A stretch of DNA of 64,000 nt from a bacterium (lineage in GTDB: Bacteria > Hinthialibacterota > Hinthialibacteria > Hinthialibacterales > Hinthialibacteraceae), in NCBI GenBank assembly GCA_963663405.2, contig CAXXSM010000089.1, forward strand, positions 29,113 to 93,112, read 5' to 3'. The position numbers and the translations under genes are program-made. The notes under the pieces are model-generated. The model did no database searches and had not been told where the DNA came from. It saw nothing but the letters and a program-made list of their open reading frames with translations. Positions 1 to 11,500 of this stretch are shown one piece after another (position 1 is the stretch's first letter; the number at the start of each line of letters is the position of its first letter).

Positions 1-471
1 ATTCATCACGGATCCGCAGGTAGTATCCACCATGGTACACCGAATGTTCGCCAATCGCTCCATCACTTCGACACTCGCGCCAAACGCGGGAAGAATGACA
101 ATATCCCCGGGTTGAACATCATCGTAATCGTATGTTTTTTCCTTCCCTCCACTCAAAAAACGGATGTCCATCTCCCGCAGTTTCCGATTCACGCGGGGAT
201 TATGAATGATTTCCGTCGTGATATAAATCGGTGTATCGGGATATTTCCGGCGGGTTTCATAAGCGTAATTGACGGCGCGGTCCACACCGTAACAAAATCC
301 GAACTCTTTGGCGAGAAGGATTTCGAAATCACCTACCCGCACGCTGGATTCGTTATCCCGCAGTTGTTGAATCAACTCGCTTCTATATTCATTCGTCAGT
401 GTGTCAGCGATTTCGTCTTTCATTCCGAAACCATGCCGGATGATGGGCAGCCCGCTTTTTTTCGACGGCAT
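1..471 (-). CDS. ispH: 4-hydroxy-3-methylbut-2-enyl diphosphate reductase, 5' part (runs off window start)
   Basis: Manual minus-strand translation (not in ORF track): MPSKKSGLPIIRHGFG...LAKEFGFCYGVDRAV...EIIHNPRVN...IVILPAFGA...VDTTCGSVMN; GGGAG upstream of ATG 471. Confidence 0.93.
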   Translation of the reverse strand, partial: MPSKKSGLPIIRHGFGMKDEIADTLTNEYRSELIQQLRDNESSVRVGDFEILLAKEFGFCYGVDRAVNYAYETRRKYPDTPIYITTEIIHNPRVNRKLREMDIRFLSGGKEKTYDYDDVQPGDIVILPAFGASVEVMERLANIRCTMVDTTCGSVMN

Positions 472-880
472 GAACAACTCCCAGGGTATAGTTTGCATGG
501 TAGTCTATCCGATCTATTTTTTAAAAACAACTCCATAAACGGCGTTGCAGGAAACGGCGCCTATGCGCATAGCTCAAAACGGATGATTTTAACTTCAGCA
601 ACGAGGGAAAATCTAGAATCCATTTTTAATAAGGAGTCCTTTTTGTTATTGTATCCATTCGAATCTAGAAATAGGGGCATTTTCTGATTCTATATTTCAT
701 TCCTAAAAAATAACTCACAATTCGCCTTTCCAACCATAAATTTTATGATCGCCTGCGCTTCAACCTAGGAAAAACCGGCTGAATCAGCGATGATATTGGA
801 TGGATAGAAAATTATCTTTTTACAATCGATACATAAGAACTGCGATGGTTTATATTAAGGATAGACAATAGGAGAGAATC

Positions 881-3428
881 ATGATTGAAGCGTATCTGCA
901 GCACAAAGCCGAACGGGAAAAACTTGGTATCCCCCCGCTTCCCATCAACGCGGAACAGATGGAAGACCTTTGTAAATTACTCCAGAATCCTCCTTCCGGT
1001 CAGGAGGATTTTCTTCTGAGTTTATTAACAGACCGTGTCCCTCCCGGTGTCGACCCCGCCGCTGGAGTGAAAGCCGCGTTTCTCGCCCAAATCGCGAAAG
1101 GAGAGGTAAAGTCTCCTCTAATCGATTCCATCCGCGCCGTGGAACTGCTTGGCACAATGCTGGGTGGCTATAACATCGATCCGTTAATTGAGTTTCTCAG
1201 CGCTGACGCGCTTGCGGAAACCGCCGCGAAGGCGCTCTCCCAAACACTTCTGATCTTTGGCAATTTCGACACAGTGAAAGAACTGGCTGATAACGGAAAT
1301 CCTCACGCCAAGAGCGTTGTCGAATCGTGGATGGAAGCGGAATGGTTCCAGAAAAAACCAGCGCTGCCCGATCGAATGGAACTCACTGTCTTTAAAGTGG
1401 ATGGTGAGATCAACACCGACGATTTTTCTCCCGCCCTCCATGCGGCCACCCGGCCGGATATTCCGCTTCACGCGCTCGCGATGGGCGAATCCAGCTTCCC
1501 AGGCGGCATCGAGACGATCGCCGAATACCGGTCGCAAGGACGCCAAATCGCGTTTGTAGGAGACGTGGTCGGCACCGGCTCATCGAGAAAATCCGCTTGC
1601 AATTCTTTGATCTGGCATATTGGAGAGGATATCCCCTGCGTGCCGAATAAACGCCGGGGAGGCGTAATCATCGGCGGGCAAATCGCGCCGATCTTTTTCA
1701 ACACCGCCGAAGATTCCGGCGCGCTGCCGATTCGATGTGATGTCTCGAAACTCAACACGGGCGATCAAATTCACATACTTCCCAAAGAAGGGAAGATCAC
1801 AAATCCAAACGGGGAAACGCTGGCCGAATTTGAACTCTTCCCGAACACGATCGGGGATGAATACCGCGCTGGCGGGCGTGTCAATTTAATCATTGGACGT
1901 GATCTCACCAACAAAGCGCGCACATCCTGTGGAAAGGAAGAAAGCGAATTATTCGTCAAATCCGTCTTTGTCCAGAAAGAGGGCGTTGGATACACCTTGG
2001 CGCAGAAAATCATCGGCAAAGCCTGTGATGTGGAAGGAATCCACCCCGGTACCGCTTGCACGCCCCTCATGACAACCGTCGGTTCCCAAGATACGACCGG
2101 TCCCATGACCGCCGATGAATTGAAGGAACTCGCGTGTCTTAAATTCAACGCCGATCTGGTTATGCAGTCATTCTGCCATACCGCCGCCTACCCTAAAGCG
2201 GCGGATATTAAAACTCACGCCGAATTACCGAAGTTCTTCACCGAACGGGGCGGCGTCGCGCTTCAACCGGGCGATGGGATTATTCACAGCTGGTTGAACC
2301 GCATGATCCTTCCCGATACTGTCGGCACCGGCGGCGATTCGCATACCCGTTTCCCCCTCGGAATTTCGTTCCCCGCCGGATCGGGCCTAGTCGCGTTCGC
2401 GGCGGCGTTGGGAATGATGCCCCTTGAAGTTCCCAACTCTGTCCTGGTACGGTTCAAAGGGGAACTGCGTCCTGGAATCACGCTGAGAGACGTTGTCAAC
2501 GCGATCCCTTACCGGGCTATTCAAGAAGGCTTGTTGACAGTTGAGAAAAAAGGGAAGAAGAACATTTTCAACGGCCGCATCGTTGAGATGGAAGGGCTTC
2601 CCGATTTGAAATGTGAACAGGCGTTTGAATTGACCGACGCCACCGCCGAACGCAGCGCCGCGGGCAGCACGATCAAACTCGGTGTGGAAACCATCTCCGA
2701 ATACCTGCGCAGCAACGTCACATTATTAAAATCCATGATCGCGAAAGGCTACCAGAACGCCGAAACCATGAAACGGCGCATCGCGAAAATGGAGGAATGG
2801 CTGGCGAATCCTGTCCTAATGGAGCGCGATGGAAAACGCGGAATACGAAGCGATTCTCGACGTCGATCTGAATGAGATCACCGAACCCATCGTCGCATGT
2901 CCCAACGATCCGGATGATGTTAAACTCCTCTCTGAAGTGGCGGGCGACCCGGTTCAAGATGTGTTTATTGGCTCGTGCATGACAAACATCGGTCATTTCC
3001 GCGCGGCGGCGAGAATTCTGGAAGACGGCCCCCCCTGCCCACTGCGTCTTTGGGTCTGTCCACCAACACGCATGGACGAAGCCCAGCTGCGGGAAGAGGG
3101 AATCTATTCCACCTTCGGCAAAGTGAACGCGCGCATGGAAATGCCGGGCTGTTCACTCTGCATGGGGAATCAAGCGCGAGTCTTGGAAGGTTCGACGGTC
3201 TTCTCAACCTCCACCCGCAATTTCGACAACCGCATGGGCAAAAACGCCCGCGTCTACCTCGGCTCAGCCGAGCTCGCCGCGGTCACAGCCCAAATGGGCA
3301 AAATCCCCACACCGGCTGAATACATGAGCGCCGTCGTCGACAAAATCAAACCCGTTGAGGATGAACTGTATAGGTATTTGAATTTTGATGAGATTCCTAA
3401 ATATATTGAATTGGCGGATCGAGTGTAG
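881..3428 (+). CDS. acnB: Aconitate hydratase B, split by one indel near 2830 (ORFs 881-2875 and 2829-3428)
   Basis: [81 protein letters not shown]; AGGAG RBS. Confidence 0.96.
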
Positions 3429-3609
3429 GAGAAGGTAAATAGACAGAAGACTGACTCAAGCCAGTGAGGATAATATTTGCGGTGTTTTAAGGAAAGATCA
3501 CACAAAGGGAATATATGGCTGCATTAGTGGTCAACATAACAGGATATTCAACATGGCAAACATACAAAAGAAACATTCCAAAAAATGTTTGGGTGGCAAA
3601 GAAGAACAA

Positions 3610-4005
3610 ATGTCTGACTTTGCAAAAGCCTTTCTCGTCATTGGGGTACTCGGTCTTTTTGCTTGTCTTTTACTTTTAGGAAGAGAAGATGGATTGTTCC
3701 AATTTTGGATCGCCTTGGGTATCGGTTGTTTTATTCAGGGATTATTTTTTTTCATTATCTTAAGTTTTGGAGCGGAAATAATAAGACTTCTCAAAAAATT
3801 AAATGGGCTTCCTTTTGGAGGTGAAATTTCAGGAAAATTTATTACTTGTCACATTTTTCAATGTTCTGAGTGCAAAACACAAATTACAAAAGAAAAAGTG
3901 CCTTTATCTGATAAGGAAAGATGGCCTAGAAAATGTCAAAATTGCGGAGTCGAATTTGCCAAAGATGAAGAAGCTAACATCATTATTCTGGAAAAGGAAA
4001 AATAG
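3610..4005 (+). CDS. Hypothetical membrane protein with C-terminal zinc ribbon
   Basis: Two hydrophobic helices, then CSEC...CQNC; AT-rich; start could be 3553. Confidence 0.55.
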   Translation: MSDFAKAFLVIGVLGLFACLLLLGREDGLFQFWIALGIGCFIQGLFFFIILSFGAEIIRLLKKLNGLPFGGEISGKFITCHIFQCSECKTQITKEKVPLSDKERWPRKCQNCGVEFAKDEEANIIILEKEK

Positions 4006-4017
4006 TCATGTAGTTAT

Positions 4018-4096
4018 TAAAGGGTAGATCTCGCTTTACCGATCCATCATAATAATTGATTAATTCGGCGCTTCAGAAATACGCGATCCACCCTAA
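4018..4096. repeat. GTAG-type REP-like palindrome, family A
   Basis: AGGGTAGATCTCGCTTTACCGATCCA...CGCGATCCACCCT; related copies at 7878-7907 and 18015-18044. Confidence 0.6.
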
Positions 4097-4136
4097 GGCC
4101 TGATAGACTGAAGGAAAGGCCTTCGGCCTTGGATGT

Positions 4137-4284
4137 TTGTCTGAATTAGGATGGTCAGGATTGAAGGATGACCAGGATTTTTTTTTAATCCTTGATTCAA
4201 CGTTCCACTATTCAATAAGAAGAACAACGGAACTTAATGATATCCTGAATATCCTTTAATCTAGGCTATCCAGAATTCAGACAA
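4137..4284. repeat. ~150-bp MITE/REPIN-like element with terminal inverted repeats TTGTCTGAA...TTCAGACAA, copy 1
   Basis: Terminal IRs, 9-bp-periodic AGGAT/ATCCT subrepeats, core ATTCAATAAGAAGAA shared with 7696-7865. Confidence 0.8.
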
Positions 4285-4370
4285 TGATATAGTACTATAT
4301 CTATTGCTATTCCTTCATTGATAGCCACAGGAAAGATATAGCATAAAGAAAAACTCCCGGAGTTATCAGA

Positions 4371-5612
4371 ATGGCAACCATCGAAGGTATCTTTGTAAAA
4401 AACTATCGCGTTCTTAAACGTATAGAATTCGGTAAAAACAATATATCATTCTGTTGTAGAACCTTTAACATCACGTATCAGCAATTATAGGCAAAAATGG
4501 AGTTGGAAAGAGTACGCTTTTTGATGTATTTGGTTTCCTTTCTGATTGTATGGAAATGGGAGTAGAAGAAAAGCAAGTGAACTAAAAACGCGAGGTGGTT
4601 ATAGGCGACTTGTTTCAAATAATGAGATGAACAAAATCCATCTCGGAATTCGGTATCGCGAATCAGAAAAAACATTGCCTATAAACTATATATTGACTAT
4701 TAAATTAGACCAAGATGAAAGACCATATGTTGATTCGGAGCTATATATCAAATTGATTATATTAAGCCATTTGAAGAACAAGAAAGAGAACTCGATGATC
4801 AATAATGTAATTCTTGAACTCACAAAGGGTAAAGGCGCTGTTTCTTTTGGAGATTCAAATTCTTCAAAAGAAGATTTAGAAATAGAATTATCCGATATTC
4901 GACAATTAGGCATCTCTACATTAGGTTTATTAAAAGAACACCCACGAATTGTCAACTTTCGAAATTTTATACAAAACTGGTATCTTTCTTACTTCACCCC
5001 CAACGCGGCGCGAACACTCCCAATTAGCGGCCCCCTAAAAGCGTCTCAATCGAGAAGGTAGTAATCTGGGCAACGTCGTCCAATACATGGAACGCAATCA
5101 CCCAGACCGGTTTCAATCGATCCTTGACCGCATCGCGGAGCGTATTCCAGGCGTTCAAAAGATTCGGACGGTTGAATCGCCTGACGGGCGGCTGCTTCTG
5201 CAATTCAACGACCGGGGATTTCAAGATCCATTCTACGCGCAGCAGATGTCAGATGGCACATTGAAACTCTTCGCGTATCTTCTTCTGCTCGAAGCCCCCC
5301 GACCCTCCTTCCTTAATCTGTATCGAAGAGCCGGAAAATTATCTTTATCACAAACTGCTCGAAACATTGGCGCAGGAATTCAGGGAACACGCTTCGGAAA
5401 AGAAACAGACGTCTCAAATGATCGTGACAACCCATCAACCTTATTTTCGTAGACGCATTGACTCCAGAAGAGGTATGGATTTTAGAAAAAAGGAGAAGAT
5501 GGATTCGCCAAAATCCGTCGAGCGAGTGATGATCCCATTGTGAAAGCGATGGTAGAAGAAGGGCAACCGCTGGGGCAGTTTATGGTACAGCGATTATCTG
5601 GATAAGGAGTAA
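4371..5612 (+). CDS. AAA_21/AAA_15-type ABC ATPase, several indels
   Basis: Starts MATIEGIFVKNYRVLK; Walker A IGKNGVGKSTLFD (about 4487-4525); signature QMSDGTLKLFAYL; Walker B LCIEEPEN; H-loop IVTTHQP; ends LWYSDYLDKE*. Confidence 0.8.
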
Positions 5613-5618
5613 CGCCAA

Positions 5619-6279
5619 GTGCATTTTGAAATTCTTGTTGAAGGCAAAAATGAGATTAAAGCGTTAAATCCAATCCTATCGAAAATTCTTGGTCCACGGT
5701 ATAAATACCATAGTTGGAAAATACGGCCTCATGAAGGAAAAGGAAATCTTCCAAGAAATCCTGAAGAAAAACCCAATCGAAAAAATCGCACACTTCTTCA
5801 CAATCTTCCTTCTAAACTCCGGCGCATATGGAAGCAGCCTTCAATCAGACTCTGCCGTAATTGTGCTCTTCGATCTCGATAAGGATGACTGCTATCAGTT
5901 GAAAAGTGATTTATTACAGTTGCTTGACTATTGCGATCCAGCGCCGGTCACGCTATTTCGAATTGCAATCGAAGAATTGGAAGCGTTGTTTCTCGGAGAT
6001 CGTAAAGCGCTTTTTGAAGCTTTTCCTAATGCGAATGAATCCAAGTATAAAACATATAAACAGGATTCAATTTGTGGGACATGGGAATTTTTCGCGGAAA
6101 TTGTTTTCCCTGAAGGTGAGCAATCTTTACGAAATAAAGGATGGGGCTGCTGTGTTGAATGAAAAAGGAAAATGGGCGAAGAACATCGCTCCTAAAATGG
6201 ATGTAGACAACAACCGGTCACCAGTTTCCGCGCGTTTCGTGATGGGTTGAAGCGGCTCTTAAAATTACAGGAGAAATAG
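5619..6279 (+). CDS. DUF4276-family (TOPRIM-like) protein, several indels
   Basis: EILVEG...VIVLFDLDKDDC...FRIAIEELEALFLGD...DSICGTWE; directly downstream of the ATPase. Confidence 0.75.
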
Positions 6280-6341
6280 ACGGCGCGAACGTTTGCTTCA
6301 TCCCAATTATTTCACTTTTCGGAACAAAGGATTCCACCCCA

Positions 6342-7628
6342 ATGAAAAATAAACCCATCGCAAGACGGCGGCTTTTACTGCACTCTGCAGCCGGTACAGC
6401 GTTGATTGCGGCGCCCTGTGTCGTACGCGGGATCGAATCGAACTCTCACTCTACAGTAGAATGCGCGGACGATACAAACATTACGACAGAAGCGGAGGTT
6501 CTGGTCATTGGTGGTGGCACGGCTGGTACGATCGCCGCAATTCAGGCCGCTCGAACCGGCGCAAAAACAGTTCTTATCGAACGGGGCAGCCAACTTGGAG
6601 GCACAATGACTGTGGGGGGCGTTGCCTTTCCCGGATTATTCCACGCATGGGGGAAACAGATTATCGCCGGCATTGGGTGGGAATTGGTTCGTGAAACCGT
6701 TGTGATGGACCAAGGGAAACTTCCTGATTTCACTGAAACACCATCCCGGCACTGGCATCACCAAGTACATATCAACCAGTTTCTATATGCGCTGCTTGCG
6801 GAAGAGAAGTGTTTGGATGCGGGGGTAACCATTGTTTACTACGAATTCCCACTGTCGATTAAGAAACTACCGGATGAGTGGATGGTCGAAACGGTTGGAC
6901 CCGGAACACGCCGTCAGATAACCTGCAAGCAACTGATCGACTGTACCGGCGGCGCTGACGTGGTTGGAATGCTCAAAATGCCCCGGCTCCGTGAGGAAGA
7001 AACTCAACCCGGATCGCTGTTGTTCAAATGTGGCGGCGCTTATAACCCAGGACGAGAACAACTCGAAGCGGTTTACGTTCATGGAGCGGATTCTTCAACC
7101 TCCGTAACGCGAACAGAAGCAAATCTTACTGGACGTCAAGCGATATTGAAACAGTTACGTCAGAAACAGACGCAAGCCGATGCGCGCTCGCGTTTAATAC
7201 AGATGCAGCCTGAAGCGGCCATTCGAGAAAGTTACCGTATTCTCGGTGAGACTGTTATTACCCACACGGACTACACTTCCGGCCGCTTGTTCAACGATGC
7301 TGTCTGTTATGCTTTCTATCCAGTCGACCTGCACACACGGCAAGGCGTTAAACCCAAGCCTTTGGCCGAGGGGGTCGTTCCAACGGTGCCATTGAGAGCG
7401 TTAGTACCAAAGAACAGCCGCAACATTATCGTGGCAGGGCGATGTGTATCGAGCGACAGACTGGCAAACTCGGGCTTGCGTGTACAAGCTTCCTGTATGG
7501 CCATGGGACAGGCCGCCGGCGCCGCCGCGGCTCTAGCCGCACAGCAGGAGTCGACCCCTCTTGAAGTTCCTTTAGAAGACATCCGGCGGCTGCTGCGAAA
7601 AAATGGAGCGATCGTACCCCATTCGTAA
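6342..7628 (+). CDS. Tat-exported FAD-dependent oxidoreductase (FAD_oxidored family)
   Basis: ARRRLL twin-arginine leader, VIGGGTAG, IDCTGGAD, VAGRCVSSD, RVQASCMAMGQAAG. Confidence 0.88.
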   Translation: MKNKPIARRRLLLHSAAGTALIAAPCVVRGIESNSHSTVECADDTNITTEAEVLVIGGGTAGTIAAIQAARTGAKTVLIERGSQLGGTMTVGGVAFPGLFHAWGKQIIAGIGWELVRETVVMDQGKLPDFTETPSRHWHHQVHINQFLYALLAEEKCLDAGVTIVYYEFPLSIKKLPDEWMVETVGPGTRRQITCKQLIDCTGGADVVGMLKMPRLREEETQPGSLLFKCGGAYNPGREQLEAVYVHGADSSTSVTRTEANLTGRQAILKQLRQKQTQADARSRLIQMQPEAAIRESYRILGETVITHTDYTSGRLFNDAVCYAFYPVDLHTRQGVKPKPLAEGVVPTVPLRALVPKNSRNIIVAGRCVSSDRLANSGLRVQASCMAMGQAAGAAAALAAQQESTPLEVPLEDIRRLLRKNGAIVPHS

Positions 7629-7695
7629 ACAGGCATAAAGGTTGGATGGATTTAGCCAGGACAGATGAAAAACCTTGCCCTGAGCCCATGCGTAT

Positions 7696-7865
7696 TTGTC
7701 TGAATCAGGTAAGACCGAGCAGCTGCGAGGGCTGCTTTAACAGGATTAAAGGATGGCCAGGATTTTTACTATTTTGATTCCACGTTTCGCCATTCAATAA
7801 GAAGAATAACAGTACTTAATAATATCCTGAATATCTTTTCATCCTGGTTATCCTGATTCAGACAA
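7696..7865. repeat. TTGTCTGAA element, copy 2, with 31-bp internal hairpin insert
   Basis: TTGTCTGAATCAGG...CCTGATTCAGACAA; aligns to 4137-4284 except at 7710-7740. Confidence 0.8.
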
Positions 7866-7925
7866 TAATATTGGCACGCAGGGTGGATCACGCTTTACCG
7901 GCCCACCGATAATTATTGATTGATT

Positions 7926-8429
7926 CTACGGGACGATCCGCACACAGGTCTCAGACACACCGCTTGTCAGAACCATAAGAGCTTCCTCGACAGTCAGTTC
8001 GACACTCGGAATTTTCTTTTCGGGGCAGAGGTCCGCGAGGGGGCGCAGGACAAATTCCCGCTTGAGCATACGGGGATGTGGGACACGCAGGCGGGATTCG
8101 TGGATGATCTCATCTCCATAAAGCAGGATATCCAGATCGACGGTGCGGGATTCATAATGGATCAAATGAGAGCGAGTTCTCCCAAGGGCTTCTTCAATTT
8201 GAAGCAACTGTTCGATCAACGCCTTTGGGGGACATTGCGTCTCGATCTCGGCGGCGCCGTTGAGAAAAAACGGCGCGTCGTCCGGCATCCCGACCGGAGC
8301 CGTTTTATAGAGGGGAGAGACACGCAGAACCTTTGTCTCATCGATCAGCGCGACGCGTTCGAGAGCGCGGTTAATGTTTTTTCTCCGGTCTCCCAGATTT
8401 GATCCCAAGGCGATATAAACAAGAGCCAT
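7926..8429 (-). CDS. folK: 2-amino-4-hydroxy-6-hydroxymethyldihydropteridine diphosphokinase
   Basis: YIALGSNLG, FLNGA, RTVDLDILLYG, VPHPRMLKREFVLRPL. Confidence 0.95.
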   Translation of the reverse strand: MALVYIALGSNLGDRRKNINRALERVALIDETKVLRVSPLYKTAPVGMPDDAPFFLNGAAEIETQCPPKALIEQLLQIEEALGRTRSHLIHYESRTVDLDILLYGDEIIHESRLRVPHPRMLKREFVLRPLADLCPEKKIPSVELTVEEALMVLTSGVSETCVRIVP

Positions 8430-8585
8430 CTTCTTATTCCTTTCCGATAAGTGTAGAATCCTTCCCACTTTTGTAAACTTGTCTGGAGAGTGAAAAATGC
8501 GCGCGCCTTCTCTCTCCCTTGTCGAAATCGGGTTTTTGTAAAAACATGAATGTGGGGTAAACCACTTTTTTTGGAGGATCGGCTG

Positions 8586-11500
8586 ATGATAACGAACTTG
8601 GGAATCGCTTTTCTTTTGACAATCACGGGAACGCCGGGAGTTTTACTCACGAACGGTGAATTCGAATCCGGTCAGATTGTAGACGAAGCCTTCGTCCCTG
8701 ACGGATGGACGGCTCCGGCGGAAAACGGGGGAACGGCGGCGGGATATGAATCAGAGCGCTGTGTGACGGTAATGGGATTCGGTTCGGATGAAGCCGCTTG
8801 GCTCTCCGATCCAATGGATGTGAAAGCGGGGGAAATATATGAATTCTCATTCTGGGGAAAAGCCAGTGGAAACGCGCAGGGAATCGCCGTCAGCGGCCCC
8901 ACGTTCTGCAACCACGATTACCATTTGACCAACGAATGGAGCCGGTATTCCTTCGTTTTCCGTGTGCCCGAAAACGAAACCCAAGCCCGCTTCCGCGTGG
9001 GGCAGTGGCATGCGGAAGGCAAATTCTTCTTCGATAACGTCCGCGTGCAATCCGTGCAAGCGGTCCATATCCGGCGTGGAGATATGGAAATCGGCGTAGG
9101 AGAGCGGATTCATAAACAGACTTACGAAGCCTGCCACAGGATGTCTTCCGAAGGAGCCAACTACTGCCGATTTCTACAATCCATGACAACGCGGTTCAAT
9201 AGCCCCCGTCTGCTGTTCGACGATTCATCCAATGTTGTCTACCGCTATGAAATTCCAGACAACCCATTCACAAAGGCGTCCATCGAGATCAATCTCAATC
9301 ATCACACCGGCGGCGTCCTATCCTGTTTGGTCCGCAAAGAGGATGGCGCATGGCAGGAAATAGGAACATTGTCCGAGGTCTCATCCAAATCGTTCCTCAT
9401 TCCGGATTCGCTCCTTCCCGCCTCAGCTTTTGAAGTGAAATTGGAAGGAAAACAGGATGCGGATGGTCAGTGTGGTTTTCAGGTGGACCGCTGTGATTTC
9501 AAAGGGGAACTGCAAACAGCCTGTGAACCTATACAAGGCGAAACCCGTTTTGTGAAAGTGATTCAAACCGATCCTGCATTGAGGGTAAAGATTCTTGAGA
9601 TCCAAACGCCTATGCCTTTGGCTGAATTTTCAGTACCGGTTGAGATTGAAAACCTGTCAGATCGAGCAAGGTATTTTGAATTAAATATTGTGTACAACAA
9701 TAATATAATTCCTCAATTGTTTTCTTTAGAACCGAAGCAGAAACAAGTTGTTGATACAGGGATAATCGCTGTCAAAACCACGGGGAAACATGAATTCCAG
9801 ATTGTTGTGGAAGAGTACCTATCCACGGTGGACTCTACTTATCATAGTATTGATAGAGAATCCCCAAAAAGAAATATCATCTATCAGGCAATGTTCTCAA
9901 TTAACATTCCTTTCCTTTATGCGGCGGATTACGGGCGTTTGATTGAGCAGAATGAAACAACCGCTGTCTGGTGGTGTCCAGGAACATACAAAGTATCAAA
10001 AGAACGCCCCGCGCCCTGGTGGCGGAAGGATACGACCGTTCATCTCTCCGCGGCCCGTGGAGAATATGAGCCGGTTCAAATTGTGCTGCGGCCAAAGCGG
10101 TCTTTATCACTATTGGAGATCAATACATATGATCTTATCGGCCCATCCGGAGCCATTATTCCTAAAGGGAATATCTCTGTCAAACAAGTGGAATATGTAA
10201 ACGTTCATCGTCCATCGGACGCGATTGGTTGCTTGGGAGATTGGCCCGATCCACTGCCGCCTGTTGAAGACATGCTTTCTCTTGAGAAAGACCGCAACTA
10301 TCCTTTCTGGATCACGGTTCTTGTTCCCCGCGCCGTGTCCGCAGGAATTTACAAAGGAACCATCGAATTTTATTCAGCGGAATGGAGAGGAGTGGCGCCC
10401 ATCCAGTTGCGCGTATACGATTTCGAAATTCCAAAACAGTTCAGCCTGCGCACAGCGTTCGGTTTCAGCCCAGGCTATCTGCGGCAGTATCATCACCTGG
10501 AAACCGATGAGGAATTGGATGAAGTTTTCGACCTTTACATGCAGGATTTCCGCGATCACCGGATCTCTCCCTACGACCCCACGGCGCGGAACCGGATTGA
10601 TTATGAATTGAAAACCAACGCGGACGGGAAAGAACATTTTACATTCGACTTCACCGATTTCGACAAAGCGGGAAAACGATACTTTGACGAATTCGGTTTC
10701 AATGGTCTCCGTCTGGGTTTGGTGGGCATGGGATCGGGCACATTCCACAGCCGCCGCAAAGGCCGGATCGGCGATCACGAACAGGGAACGCTTGAACACG
10801 AACGTCTGTTCAAAGAATACGCGTCCACAATCGAAAACCACCTTCGTGAAATGGGCTGGTTGAAACACGCTTATGTCTATTGGTTCGATGAACCCTCGCC
10901 CAAGGATTACAAATTCGTCAAAGAAGGCATGGACATGATCCACCGCAACGCGCCGGGACTGACACGATTCCTCACCGAACAACCGGAAGAAGAAATGTTC
11001 GGCACGGTGGATATCTGGTGCCCTATTCTGGACGCGTTCGATCCGGAAATCTGCTTGGAACGGAAGAAAGAAGGAGAGAAATTCTGGTGGTATATCTGCA
11101 CCGGACCGAAGGAACCGTATCCCGGTTTGTTCATCGACCATCACGCGATCGATTTCCGCATATGGCTGTGGATGACTCATCACTACTCGGTGGAAGGATG
11201 CCTGATCTGGCAGAGTAACTATTGGACCAGTTCCGTCGCCTTCCCCAGTCCGCAGTTACAAGATCCATACGAAGATCCAATGAGCTATGTGACCGGCTAT
11301 GGAAGGCCCGCCGGTTACATCGGCTATTGGGGCAATGGGGATGGGCGCTTCATCTATCCCCCGCGCGATTGGAAACAAGGCAAGAAGATTATCGCCGGAC
11401 CGGTCGATTCCATCCGCTGGGAAATTCTCCGTGAAGGGATCGAGGATTATGAATATTTCACATTAGTGAAACAGATTCTCAAAGAGAAGAACCTGTCACC

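Noticed and set aside
112-687. 191-aa plus-strand ORF
   Set aside because: Antisense shadow of ispH
2820-2880. Programmed frameshift or split acnB
   Set aside because: One extra G; both halves are conserved and similar indels occur throughout the window, so sequencing error is simpler
10374-11183. Long antisense ORFs (also 30657-31376, 31877-32617, 52978-53688)
   Set aside because: Antisense to well-supported genes, with no motifs; expected from codon bias
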